Shown: positions 9,618 to 19,087 of the stretch, piece by piece | How the letters are laid out: every line of letters starts with the position of its first letter | Position numbering within the stretch: the first letter of the stretch is position 1 | DNA from: Bdellovibrionales bacterium | GTDB taxonomy: Bacteria; Bdellovibrionota; Bdellovibrionia; Bdellovibrionales; UBA1609 | Assembly (NCBI GenBank): GCA_050246815.1 | Contig: JBFWVI010000039.1 | Coordinates: forward strand, 1-27,956 | Length of the DNA: 27,956 nucleotides | Direction: 5' to 3' | Made by a program: the position numbers and the translations under genes | The notes under the pieces: model-generated | Database searches by the model: none | Told to the model about the DNA's origin: nothing | The model's input: the letters and a program-made list of their open reading frames with translations, nothing else

Positions 9618-10715
9618 TTGGGGATTAGGGAAGACCATAGCCGATTTCGCGATATCATCCGTGGGCGGATTCGGCAGAATTTTAAAAAGTATGTCACCCA
9701 AGGCGAAATGATCGGCAAACGCGAAAAAGATTTCGTTAAGATTCCTGTGCCCTCAATCGACATTCCCAGATTCAAATACGGACCCAAACAATCCGGCGGT
9801 GTTGGCCAAGGCCAAGGACAGGCGGGCGATGGCGTCGAAGGTGAACAGCAGCCGGGGGCCGGCCAGGCCGGCGACTCACCCGGTGAGCATTTGGTTGAGG
9901 TCGATATCACCTTTGAAGAGCTGGCGGATATTTTAGGCGAAGAGTTAAAGTTGCCGCGGATCGAACCTCGCGGCAATCGCACGATCGACACCAGCACCAC
10001 CAAGTACAACGGGCGTGCCCCGGTGGGGCCTGAAAGTTTGCGCCACTTCAAGGCTTCGTTCAAAGAGGCTTTGAAGCGGCAAGTGTCGGTGGGAACCTAT
10101 AACCCCGATGACCCGATGGTGGTGCCGATTCGTCGCGATATGCGTTATCGCTCTTCACGTAAAACCACCAAACCCCAGGCAAACGCTGTTGTGATTTACA
10201 TGATGGACGTGTCGGGATCCATGGGCGACGAACAAAAAGAAATCGTGCGGCTGGAAAGCTTTTGGATCAACACCTGGCTGAAGCGTAATTACAAGGGCCT
10301 CGACACGCGTTTCATCATTCACGATGCCGCGGCCAAAGAAGTCGACGAAAAAACCTTCTTTTCGACCAGCGAATCCGGTGGCACTTTAATCAGCTCTGCG
10401 TTTAAACTTTGCAAAAAATTAATCGAGGAAGAATACCCGCCTAGTGAATGGAACGTTTACCCATTTCACTTCAGCGATGGCGACAACTGGTCGGGTGAAG
10501 ACACTCGTCTTTGCATCAAAATGCTTAAAGAGTTCTTTTTGCCGACGGTGAACATGTTCGGCTATGGCCAAGTTGAAAGCAAATACGGCAGCGGCCAGTT
10601 CTTGAAGGATTTAGAGAAAGCGTTTCCTGAGGAAAGCAATTTGGTGATCAGCAAGATCGACAATCGTGACAAGATCATGGCGTCGATCAAAGATTTTTTA
10701 GGGAAAGGGCGCTAG
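9618..10715 (+). CDS. yeaH: YeaH/YhbH (DUF444) vWA-like protein
   Basis: [33 protein letters not shown]. Lies between prkA and spoVR. TTG start. Confidence 0.93.
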   Translation: MGIREDHSRFRDIIRGRIRQNFKKYVTQGEMIGKREKDFVKIPVPSIDIPRFKYGPKQSGGVGQGQGQAGDGVEGEQQPGAGQAGDSPGEHLVEVDITFEELADILGEELKLPRIEPRGNRTIDTSTTKYNGRAPVGPESLRHFKASFKEALKRQVSVGTYNPDDPMVVPIRRDMRYRSSRKTTKPQANAVVIYMMDVSGSMGDEQKEIVRLESFWINTWLKRNYKGLDTRFIIHDAAAKEVDEKTFFSTSESGGTLISSAFKLCKKLIEEEYPPSEWNVYPFHFSDGDNWSGEDTRLCIKMLKEFFLPTVNMFGYGQVESKYGSGQFLKDLEKAFPEESNLVISKIDNRDKIMASIKDFLGKGR

Positions 10716-10718
10716 TTC

Positions 10719-12290
10719 ATGGCCAATTTGACGGGGGAGCTGGAACGCGAACGGGTGCGCATCGAAAAGATCGCCAAAGACTGCGGCCTTGATTTTTACG
10801 AGACCATTTTTGAAATCGTCACTTATGACCAATTGAATATGATTGCCGCTTACGGCGGTTTTCCCGTCCGTTATCCACACTGGCGCTTTGGCATGGAATA
10901 TGAGCATCTGTCGAAGTCTTATGAGTACGGCCTTTCGAAAATTTACGAGTTGGTGATCAATAACGACCCCTGCTATGCCTACCTGATGGAGGGCAATGAA
11001 TTCATCGATCAAAAGTTGGTGATGGCCCATGTGTACGGACACTGTGACTTTTTCAAAAACAACCAATGGTTTTCGCCGACCCACCGAAAAATGATGGATG
11101 GCATGGCCAATCATGCCACGCGCGTGCGCCGTTACATCGATCGTTTTGGCCAAGAGACCGTCGAGGAATTCATCGACAAGTGTTTGAGCTTGGAAAACTT
11201 GATCGATCGTTACAGCCCGTATAGCACGATCAAAATCGAACACGATGTGGAAATCGAGGGCATAGAGCGGCAGTACCACAAGGGCGCTGTCTTGGATGAC
11301 CAGCCGGGGAAATTAAAGGTTCACCGCGATTATATGGAGCACTTTATCAATCCGCCCGAGACCTTAAAAAAGGCCGCGGCCGAGGAGCAGCAAAAGCGTG
11401 AAGATGCTGGCGCAGGGCTTTACCCGCCAAAGCCTGAAAAAGATGTTTTGCAATTTCTGATTCACAACGCGCCCTTGGCACCCTGGCAGCAGGACGTGCT
11501 TTCTATCATTCGCGATGAAGCTTATTATTACGCGCCTCAGGGCATGACCAAAATCATGAACGAAGGTTGGGCTTCGTATTGGCACTCGAAGCTGATGACA
11601 GAAAAGATCATGAATGACGCCGAAATCATTGATTTTGCCGATCGTCACAGTGGCACCATGGCGATGTCACCCACGGGATTTAACCCCTATAAGATCGGCA
11701 TCGAATTATTTCGTGATATTGAAGAGCGTTGGAACAAAGGGCGCTTTGGCAAAGAGTGGGAAAATTGCGAGGACTTATCGGTGCGGGCCAATTGGGACCT
11801 GAAAACCAATCGCGGACGCGAAAAAATGTTCGAAGTGCGCCGCAACTACAATGATGTCACCTTTATCGATGAATTTTTGACCGAAGAATTTTGCGTGAAA
11901 AATAAGATGTTCGTTTACAAGTTCAATAAGCGAACCGGCCAGTACGAAGTGGACACCCGCGACTTCAAGGCCATCAAACGCAAGCTGCTGTTTCAGTTGA
12001 CCAACTTCGGTCAACCGATCATCAGCGTGGTGGATGCCAATTTTAACAATCGCGGCGAATTGCTTTTAACGCACCTTTATGAAGGGGTTGAAATGCAGCC
12101 TGACTATATGAATGAAACCATGAAGAATTTGTTTTCCATCTGGAGCCGGCCCGTCAACGTGGCAACGGTTTTGGATGGTGAGCGCCGGATCGTGAACTTT
12201 GACGGCAAAGAATTCAAAAGCACGGCTTTAAGCGAGCTGCCGGTCGGTGAGCAAAACGAGCCCAAGCACGATGACGAAGAAGGCTCTTAA
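10719..12290 (+). CDS. spoVR: SpoVR/YcgB family protein
   Basis: GFPVRYPHWRFG, IYELVINNDPCYAYL, AHVYGHCDFFKNN, TKIMNEGWASYWH, NPYKIG. Confidence 0.95.
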   Translation: MANLTGELERERVRIEKIAKDCGLDFYETIFEIVTYDQLNMIAAYGGFPVRYPHWRFGMEYEHLSKSYEYGLSKIYELVINNDPCYAYLMEGNEFIDQKLVMAHVYGHCDFFKNNQWFSPTHRKMMDGMANHATRVRRYIDRFGQETVEEFIDKCLSLENLIDRYSPYSTIKIEHDVEIEGIERQYHKGAVLDDQPGKLKVHRDYMEHFINPPETLKKAAAEEQQKREDAGAGLYPPKPEKDVLQFLIHNAPLAPWQQDVLSIIRDEAYYYAPQGMTKIMNEGWASYWHSKLMTEKIMNDAEIIDFADRHSGTMAMSPTGFNPYKIGIELFRDIEERWNKGRFGKEWENCEDLSVRANWDLKTNRGREKMFEVRRNYNDVTFIDEFLTEEFCVKNKMFVYKFNKRTGQYEVDTRDFKAIKRKLLFQLTNFGQPIISVVDANFNNRGELLLTHLYEGVEMQPDYMNETMKNLFSIWSRPVNVATVLDGERRIVNFDGKEFKSTALSELPVGEQNEPKHDDEEGS

Positions 12291-12365
12291 AAAGCCGCTC
12301 AATTTTTAGTGCCAAAATCCCCAAAGCCCTTTAGATTTATTCCAATCGTTGAAAGGGGCTTAAAG

Positions 12366-12680
12366 GTGATTTTGACCACTTTGGAATACATCCCAGGCAA
12401 GGAAATCGTTGAGCACTATGGTTTGATCAACGGCAGCACCGTGCGATCCAAACACATCGGGCGCGATATGTTTGCCGGTCTAAAAAATATTTTTGGCGGC
12501 GAACTTAAGGGCTACACCGAGCTGATGGAAGAAACCCGCGAAGAGGCCATTCAGCGCATGGTGCAGCAAGCCCAGCTGAAAGGTGCCAACGCCATTTTGA
12601 ATATCCGCTTTGGCACGAGCGATGTGGCCCCTGGTGCTGCAGAAGTGTTTGCTTACGGAACTGCGGTGAAGGTGAGCTGA
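12366..12680 (+). CDS. ybjQ: YbjQ/UPF0145 putative heavy-metal-binding protein
   Basis: GRDMFAGLKNIFGGELKGYTELMEETREEAIQRM...GANAI...AYGTAV. GTG 12366 gives the canonical ~104 aa length. Confidence 0.9.
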   Translation: MILTTLEYIPGKEIVEHYGLINGSTVRSKHIGRDMFAGLKNIFGGELKGYTELMEETREEAIQRMVQQAQLKGANAILNIRFGTSDVAPGAAEVFAYGTAVKVS

Positions 12681-13102
12681 TGGTCGAGCTGATAACCGCC
12701 ACAGTATTGTTGCTGCTGGGTTATATTTTCGGCAGCCAAAGGGAGAAGAGTCATTTTGAGGACCTGCGTCGACGGGAGGCGCAGATGCTGCATAAAATTG
12801 CCGCGCGCGCGGACAGGGGACCAACGCTGGCCGCCGGTGAGACCATGATGGTGGCGGCGTCTGTCGTGATAGCCTCAGATTATTTTAAAAATTTTGTGGG
12901 GATCTTAAAAAGTTTTTTTGGCGGTCGATTGGCCACTCATGAAGCCTTGATGGATCGCGCCCGTCGCGAGGCTTTGTGCCGCATCAAAGAAAAGGCTTTA
13001 GCTTGGGGCGCCCATGAAATTGTTCGCGTGCGCTACGAAACCTCATTCTTAGATCAGCTGGGGGTTGAGGTTTCTGCTTATGGCACTGCAGTCAAGAAAT
13101 GA
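12680..13102 (+). CDS. YbjQ-family paralogue with an N-terminal membrane anchor
   Basis: N-terminal TM segment, SDYFK...FFGGRL...LMDRARREAL, EVSAYGTAV. Translationally coupled (TGATG). Confidence 0.85.
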   Translation: MVELITATVLLLLGYIFGSQREKSHFEDLRRREAQMLHKIAARADRGPTLAAGETMMVAASVVIASDYFKNFVGILKSFFGGRLATHEALMDRARREALCRIKEKALAWGAHEIVRVRYETSFLDQLGVEVSAYGTAVKK

Positions 13103-13917
13103 GCCAATATATTCCAAAGCCTGATGCAGAGGACATCAATGTCCCCCCGTCAGCACCTTTAAGGGATGCCCTGATTTTACTGATCGGATTTTTCGCCATC
13201 ATCGGCGCCGCGCTGGTGATTTTTGGTCTGCTGGGAGCTTGGGCGGCTCGCAATTTAAGTCCCAAAGACGAAGCGAAGCTATTTGGAACTTTTAAGCTGG
13301 AACAAAAGTTCAAACAAAAAAGTGAACCTGCGTTCGCGGCACTTTTGAACCAGTTGGCCGGTGACTTGCCCGTAAAAAGTTTTTTACTGTGCGAAAAAAC
13401 CCCCAATGCCTTCGCGATGCCGGGTGGCACGGTCATGGTCACCAGCGGATTGCTGAAAGGTCTGAAATCAGAAAATGGCCTGGCTTTTGTTTTGGGACAT
13501 GAGTTGGGTCATTTTGTGAACCGCGATCATTTGCTTGGGCTGGGTCGTGGTCTTGGGATGTTGGTGGTCGCGGCATTTTTTGGTGTGGCCGATCTGGATT
13601 TTTTAGGACTGAATATTGGCATCGAGGTGGTGGGAAACAGTTTCAGCCGTCAGCAAGAGGCCGCCGCCGATGAATACGCGTTGCAGCTGGTGCAAAAAAA
13701 GTATGGTCATCTTTCAGGGGTGGAAGAATTTTTTAATCACATCTTAAAGAGCGAAATGGGGTGGCAGCACCAATTGCCGTCCTTCATTAGCACCCACCCC
13801 AACGCTCATGACCGCTTGCAGGTTATTCATGAGCGTCAAGCGGGCCATTCGGGTCGCATAACGCCCTTGGAGCAGAGAATTTCACAGGCGCTTGGGGATT
13901 GCGCTGAAAATCACTGA
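13099..13917 (+). CDS. M48 family zinc metallopeptidase, membrane anchored
   Basis: PNAFAMPGG, LGHELGH (HExxH), FSRQQEAAAD, STHP...R. ATGA overlap with the upstream gene. Confidence 0.9.
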   Translation: MSQYIPKPDAEDINVPPSAPLRDALILLIGFFAIIGAALVIFGLLGAWAARNLSPKDEAKLFGTFKLEQKFKQKSEPAFAALLNQLAGDLPVKSFLLCEKTPNAFAMPGGTVMVTSGLLKGLKSENGLAFVLGHELGHFVNRDHLLGLGRGLGMLVVAAFFGVADLDFLGLNIGIEVVGNSFSRQQEAAADEYALQLVQKKYGHLSGVEEFFNHILKSEMGWQHQLPSFISTHPNAHDRLQVIHERQAGHSGRITPLEQRISQALGDCAENH

Positions 13918-14777
13918 GCCGGCGCGGTCGCGGCTGGGACATAATGATAGCGGGCTGCACTATCAGGGATTACTGTGGTGCTGCGGATGATTTCGTTGCT
14001 GCGGGGGGCGGCGGCTGATGCTGGCGTGGTCTGCGGTTCATGTAAACTGGTCGCGGCGCGTTCGTAATGGATGCCTCCACCTGAGGTGATGACAACTGTC
14101 TGGACGGTGGATTCAGCAGCCGGTTGAGAGGTGGTTGTAGCGGCTGCGGCCTTTGCGGTCATGGCCGGTATAGGCACACTGCCTGCCGTTTGCAGCCGTA
14201 CGCCGGCACGTTTATCCCCGAGTGCGGATTTTAGATCCCCAGAGCGCATTTTTTTATTGCGCGCAGAGAAGTATTCACAGGTGCTGACATTTTTCAAAAA
14301 GGCATTTTTCAAGACGGCCAAATTGCGGTCCACATAGGTCGTGGTTGGAGCGGGCGCGGCCACGGTTGCCAAGGTGTCTGCGGCAGACTCAGCATTTTGT
14401 GCTCGGGTGCTTTCAAGTTCTTCTTGGGCCATTTTTTCTTTGGCGTTGACGCGAGACATCTGGGCCGCGATCTGCCTGCGCTCCGCCAATAAGATTTCTT
14501 CTAAGGCACGCGCTGACTTTTCAAGCTTAACCGCGACTTCTGCCACAGATTCATTGGCTCTTAAATTGGGCACGCGGGTTTTCTGAAAATAAATCCAAAG
14601 CTCTTTTTGTTTGGCTTCGGGTTGGTGGGTGCCGTGACGAATCCAGTAAATGTTTTGCAGCTGCTGCAAAAAGAGCATTTTGGCTTCGTTGCAAGTGGTC
14701 TCGTCGGGAGTATTTTCAGCTCTGGCGGTCGTGTGTGCGCCAAGTAAAATTGTTAGGCTCAAGATCAGTGCTTTCAC
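13911..14777 (-). CDS. Secreted hypothetical protein (coiled-coil plus Ala/Thr/Pro-rich tail)
   Basis: Signal peptide MKALILSLTILLGAHTTARA, GTG start with an AAGGGAG SD. Confidence 0.7.
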   Translation of the reverse strand: MKALILSLTILLGAHTTARAENTPDETTCNEAKMLFLQQLQNIYWIRHGTHQPEAKQKELWIYFQKTRVPNLRANESVAEVAVKLEKSARALEEILLAERRQIAAQMSRVNAKEKMAQEELESTRAQNAESAADTLATVAAPAPTTTYVDRNLAVLKNAFLKNVSTCEYFSARNKKMRSGDLKSALGDKRAGVRLQTAGSVPIPAMTAKAAAATTTSQPAAESTVQTVVITSGGGIHYERAATSLHEPQTTPASAAAPRSNEIIRSTTVIPDSAARYHYVPAATAPAQ

Positions 14778-14808
14778 GATTGTACTCCCTTTGGTTGCCT
14801 CTATTCAG

Positions 14809-14825
14809 TGCAAGTTAAAGGCCGG
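14809..14825 (-). promoter_or_regulatory. Candidate sigma54 promoter
   Basis: Minus strand CCGGCCTTTAACTTGCA (GG-N10-GC with TTGC at -12), 32 nt upstream of the 14777 start. Confidence 0.55.
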
Positions 14826-14839
14826 TCTCATTTTGAAAC
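14825..14839. promoter_or_regulatory. Palindromic operator GTCTCATTTTGAAAC
   Basis: Exact reverse complement of 27709-27723. Related sites at 7381 and 14884. Confidence 0.6.
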
Positions 14840-15061
14840 GATGTTTGGGGAGCAATGGATGGAACGGGTTTTAAACGGCCTTTGTTTCACTTTGAAGCAC
14901 GCGCTTTTTCGCCAAAAGACCCCTTTGCGCACACGGGTGTTCAAGGTTTAAACAGGAACCGCTGCTGCCCCTAAGACGAGTTCGGTCGAAGCATCGCCGG
15001 CGAACCTTCTCAGCGGCCCATTCACGCGCTAATATTGATGAGTGTGGGAGGGCTGGGAAAT

Positions 15062-15356
15062 ATGAAAGTCTTAGTTACGTTGCTAGTTTTATTCAGTAGC
15101 ACCGCGTATTCGACTGAGGTCGGGGACATCCGCAAGGTTGGCGAATTGAACATCAAGAACCTGCCAGGAATCATGCAAGGCAGCCACCGCGCAGAAAAAT
15201 CCGCCGGCTGCAAAAGGCGCCAAAGCAGCCAGAGCAATGGCCAAATGTCTCGAAGAGAAGTGTGAAGCTGAGTGCGATATGGAATATCAAAAGAGCAAGG
15301 CTCGCATGGAAGGCTACGGCGAGGGGTTTTCACGCGGAGAAAGTCTGCTGCAATAG
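15062..15356 (+). pseudogene. Frameshifted small secreted Cys-rich protein (or a sequencing error)
   Basis: Signal peptide MKVLVTLLVLFSSTAYS in one frame. From about 15159 the +1 frame reads TCQESCKAA...KCLEEKCEAECDMEYQKSKARMEGYGEGFSRGESLLQ*. Confidence 0.6.
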
Positions 15357-15489
15357 GATCAAACAAAAATTCCGCCCCTCGTGCCAACTTGAACTAAGGG
15401 CATCGTAATTTAACAAATTTACTATTCCGATCAGGCGCCTTACTTTTTCTATAGAAAGTTAGTTAAGGTCAGAAGTGATGGGGGATGTT

Positions 15490-15855
15490 ATGAAACTTGT
15501 TGTTCAGATTATCACGGTTCTGTTTTGCCCGTTTTTTGCTCAAGCGGACGATTTAGGAAGTTTCAAGTGGGTATGCTCTGTCAGTCGGGTGAACGAGAGC
15601 GGCGTCACCGCCGAATTACTAAACGTGGTTTTTATCAAACCGGATCAAACGCGCCAAATCCTGTACCAATCCGCCACTCACCGGATTTCATTCGAGCGTG
15701 ATCAAAATAAACTAGACCATGAAAATGAGCTGTCCATTATTTTAAGAGCGGCTCCGTCATTGGACGAGTTATTTCGAGCCTACGGCCAAGAGGATCAAGA
15801 GTTTGGCTTCAAATGGCAGCCCCAAAAAATCGCCGCCTATTGTCGATCGCGATAA
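15490..15855 (+). CDS. Secreted hypothetical protein
   Basis: Signal peptide MKLVVQIITVLFCPFFAQA, GGGGA SD, and a Cys near each end of the mature protein. Confidence 0.65.
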   Translation: MKLVVQIITVLFCPFFAQADDLGSFKWVCSVSRVNESGVTAELLNVVFIKPDQTRQILYQSATHRISFERDQNKLDHENELSIILRAAPSLDELFRAYGQEDQEFGFKWQPQKIAAYCRSR

Positions 15856-16241
15856 CGGCCCAACCAAAAGCTCAGCACCACTTGCACCGCCAGCGGTAGC
15901 ACCGTCACTGCGTAAAGAACTAAACCTTCGGCGACGCTTTGTTTAAAAACCCGGCTTTGCGCCAGTGCCATAAAAACGGTCAGGAAGCTGTAAACTCCGA
16001 TGGGTAGACGAAGCCACCGGCGATCACAGCGCCAAAAGAACCAACTCATCAAAACAAAAAAGGCACCCGTTCCATAAAACCAATTGGCATAGTAGGCAAG
16101 AAAGGGGATCTGCGGCTGCTGGCCGTTGTCTAAGGTGACGCCGTAATAAAAGGCATGGGGCAAAACAGCAATGCAAAAGGCCACGGTCAAATTGATCAAG
16201 ATCGCCAAGGCCTGAAGCAGACGGAATTTTTTCGGCATCAC
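15837..16241 (-). CDS. Hypothetical membrane protein (about 4 TM segments)
   Basis: Four hydrophobic segments. ATGA overlap with the upstream gcvH-like gene. Confidence 0.6.
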   Translation of the reverse strand: MMPKKFRLLQALAILINLTVAFCIAVLPHAFYYGVTLDNGQQPQIPFLAYYANWFYGTGAFFVLMSWFFWRCDRRWLRLPIGVYSFLTVFMALAQSRVFKQSVAEGLVLYAVTVLPLAVQVVLSFWLGRYRDRQ

Positions 16242-16603
16242 TCGTCTTTGTCGTTGGTCGACGCGGTGACCAGCTCGTCCACGTCGCCAGCGTTTTTGGC
16301 CTCTACGCGAAACAGCCAGCCATCGCCATAAGAATCTTCGGTGATCAAGTTGGGGTCTTCTAAAACAGCTTCGTTGATTTCAATCACTTGACCTTCAACA
16401 GGACTGTACAAATTTAACGGGCCAGAGTCGGTTTCGATCTCGCCGCAGATTTCATCGGTGTTCACTTCATCATCGACGTTGGGCAAATTCACTTTGGTGA
16501 CTTCGGTGAGTTCAGCCAAGCCGTCGTCGTTGATGCCGACGGTCAGAATGCCGTCTTCGTTCATGACCCATTCATAGCCCATGTAAGTCATCAAATCTTT
16601 CAT
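16238..16603 (-). CDS. Glycine cleavage H-protein-like protein lacking the lipoyl-lysine
   Basis: EWV...TVGI, LYSPVEGQVIEINEAV..DPNLI.EDSYGDGWLFRV. The canonical ESVKA is replaced by ETDSG. Confidence 0.85.
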   Translation of the reverse strand: MKDLMTYMGYEWVMNEDGILTVGINDDGLAELTEVTKVNLPNVDDEVNTDEICGEIETDSGPLNLYSPVEGQVIEINEAVLEDPNLITEDSYGDGWLFRVEAKNAGDVDELVTASTNDKDE

Positions 16604-16679
16604 GGCATCACCCCTTTTGCACTAGTTTGCCTGGCAAAAGGGTTTGTCGCAAGTGGCAGGGGGAGTCAACGGCGAAGAC

Positions 16680-17075
16680 TTATTTTGCGGCGGGCAGACG
16701 GCGCAAATAGCTATAACCCTCGATTTTTCGCACGCTGTCCACCAGGGTTTGGGCGGTTTTTGAGCCCAAGCATCCGGCAGCTGATCGGGTTGTTAAGCCC
16801 CGGCGAACCAGATGAAAATACAGCCCCGAACCACAGCCTTGGCCGGTGTCTTGTTCGGGGTGAGTCAGCGCCAACAGTTCGGCCTGAAGGAGCGGTAATA
16901 TGTGCGAAGAAATGGCGATGCCGTTCAGGCGTATTGCCTCTGACGTGATGGTGATTCGATGTTGCACGCTTGTTCCGTGATGGGCTTGCAGCTGGATTTG
17001 AATTGTGGTGGTGACGGCTAAGGCGGGGCTTGCAAAACAGAAAAGTAAAATTAAAAAAACCACCGACTTATTCAC
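16680..17075 (-). CDS. Secreted hypothetical protein
   Basis: Signal peptide MNKSVVFLILLFCFASPALA. Its start overlaps the stop of the upstream peptidase gene. Confidence 0.6.
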   Translation of the reverse strand: MNKSVVFLILLFCFASPALAVTTTIQIQLQAHHGTSVQHRITITSEAIRLNGIAISSHILPLLQAELLALTHPEQDTGQGCGSGLYFHLVRRGLTTRSAAGCLGSKTAQTLVDSVRKIEGYSYLRRLPAAK

Positions 17076-18978
17076 AACGTTCCTTTTCGGGTGTGGTCAA
17101 ACAACCCAGTGTCTGCGCCACTTCGGGAATAGCCAGCAAAACATGGTTCACGCGTTTGTAGGCTGGAGGGTGTGTGGCATTGGGATCAAGTCCGTGGACG
17201 TCGTTGTCACCGCGAGGATTTAGGTGGCAACCCAATTGGGCCAAATTTTGCTCAAATTTTTTCGGCAGTTCGGGACTAACGCCAAAGCAATTGCTGGAGG
17301 CTAATTTCATTGCGGCTTCCACCGCCAGTTCTCGTTTGCGCCTAGGATCTTTTTCTTGGTCCATGGCCTTTTTCACAACTTCCGCGCCGTACCAGTCTGA
17401 AAAGGCCTCACCCATTTGACTAGTGTGCTCGCCATCGCCAGAACAAGACGCATATTTTTTTGCAAGCGCAGGAATTTTTTCAAGGCTTTCGTCGTTCGGG
17501 CCATTGGCGCCCACAATGGCGGAGTTCATTTCTTGGGCCGTGCGAATTTTATCTTCCACCGATGGAAGTTTGGCGCCGACGGACTTGACCGGATTTTGCA
17601 AGCAGGTCAGCACCGTGCCCAGCGGGTGTTCATCATAAGGAAGGCCTGCTGCAATTAAATTTCGCTTGGCCGCAGCATCGCTTTCTGCCGCGATCAAACC
17701 ATAGCGGCTTTGAGCGGCGGGTTTTGCTGTGTCCTCGGGGTTGTCGTCTCCGTGTTCCTGGTGGGAATGTTTTTGTCGAAGATCATAGGCGGCTTGGCAG
17801 GAATCAATGGAATGACCGATTTCATGACCAAGGGTCGTCAGCATCAGCCCCTTGGGCTCAGTCAATTTGTTGGGGCAAAGATAAACTGTGTGACTGCTGG
17901 GCTGGTAATAGCCATTGGGGCTACCGCAGCTACTTTCTTGATGGCTGGCAACGGCAAATTTCAATTTTTCAAGGCGAGTGATCAAAATGTCGATATTGGG
18001 TGAATTTTTTGAATTGCGCTTGGCCTTAAGAATTTCGATGCCGTGCTCGCGTGCCTCTTCAAACAATTTTTTGGCGCGTTCGGATTGTTTGTTAAATTGC
18101 TCCTGATAGGCCTTTATTTTGTCCATCCCGCCGGCATAATTGGGATCGACTAAAAGCTGGCTTTCGAAAAACGGATTTTCGGTCGAGACAACGCCCTCCA
18201 CAGTGGCGGCCGGCATCCCGCCGATGCCATAGTTGCTGGCGGCCCCATAACCGCCAAGCATTTGCGAACCCATGCTTTTGTTCCAGGCATCCACGGTTTC
18301 TTTAGAAAGGCGAACCCCAGCTTTTTTTTGAGCCTGCTCAATCCACTTCGCTGGCATCATGTATTTTGAATCGCTCTTCTTAGACATTTCGAAAGAGATG
18401 GTGGTCATCGCGTCTTGCACTTTGATGTACTTTTGGGCCTCGCCGTTTTTCAAGATTGATTGATTCAACTTTTTCATGGACTCGTAATAGCCGTTTTGCA
18501 GAGTCGACATGTATTTTTGCATTTGCTTTTGGGTTTTTATGCCTTCTTCTAGGGCTTTTTTCTGCGCCAGACTGTTGTTCAGGCAAAGATTGATCTGTTT
18601 TTCCAAATGTACACGGGAGTAATTAATGAACTCTTCGCTGGCGGAATTGCGGTAAAGCGCTGGGGCGTTGCGATTTTTTTGTAAGGCCTGGCAAACTTGG
18701 CGGTAACTGCACAGCGTGGGCTCGTTGCATTCACGCACTTCATTTTTGCCGGGGTCTGTTAGCATGGCTTTGGCGCGCTGAAGCTGGTCTAATACGGTTT
18801 CAAGTTGTTTAATCTGCGCTTGTGGATCGGTCTGGTCGTAAGCACCGTATCCACCACCTAGGCCCATCATACCCGTGCCGCTGGTCATGCTGTTGCCTAA
18901 ACCACTGGCTCCGTATTGGGCAAAGACCGGCACTGCCAACAAGCCCAAAATGAAACAAAACCCCAATCGCCAGCGCAT
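17068..18978 (-). CDS. Secreted gluzincin-type zinc metallopeptidase (M13-like C-terminal domain)
   Basis: Signal peptide, NGYYQPSSHTVYLCP, LGHEIGH, GEAFSDWYG (ExxxD third ligand), HPPAYKRVN, many Cys. Confidence 0.75.
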   Translation of the reverse strand: MRWRLGFCFILGLLAVPVFAQYGASGLGNSMTSGTGMMGLGGGYGAYDQTDPQAQIKQLETVLDQLQRAKAMLTDPGKNEVRECNEPTLCSYRQVCQALQKNRNAPALYRNSASEEFINYSRVHLEKQINLCLNNSLAQKKALEEGIKTQKQMQKYMSTLQNGYYESMKKLNQSILKNGEAQKYIKVQDAMTTISFEMSKKSDSKYMMPAKWIEQAQKKAGVRLSKETVDAWNKSMGSQMLGGYGAASNYGIGGMPAATVEGVVSTENPFFESQLLVDPNYAGGMDKIKAYQEQFNKQSERAKKLFEEAREHGIEILKAKRNSKNSPNIDILITRLEKLKFAVASHQESSCGSPNGYYQPSSHTVYLCPNKLTEPKGLMLTTLGHEIGHSIDSCQAAYDLRQKHSHQEHGDDNPEDTAKPAAQSRYGLIAAESDAAAKRNLIAAGLPYDEHPLGTVLTCLQNPVKSVGAKLPSVEDKIRTAQEMNSAIVGANGPNDESLEKIPALAKKYASCSGDGEHTSQMGEAFSDWYGAEVVKKAMDQEKDPRRKRELAVEAAMKLASSNCFGVSPELPKKFEQNLAQLGCHLNPRGDNDVHGLDPNATHPPAYKRVNHVLLAIPEVAQTLGCLTTPEKERCE

Positions 18979-19087
18979 TGTCTAATTTTAGTTCATGAAT
19001 CTCTTGGCGGGCAGTCCAGCCTCGATGGGGAATACATTCATCGACTTAGGGCCGGGCTGAAGTTGCCCGGCTATCGTGGAGCTCAAA

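Noticed and set aside
14960..15020. Hairpin GTTCGGTCGAAGCATCGCCGGCGAAC as a riboswitch
   Set aside because: The stem is imperfect and I recognise no aptamer consensus. An Rfam scan would be needed.
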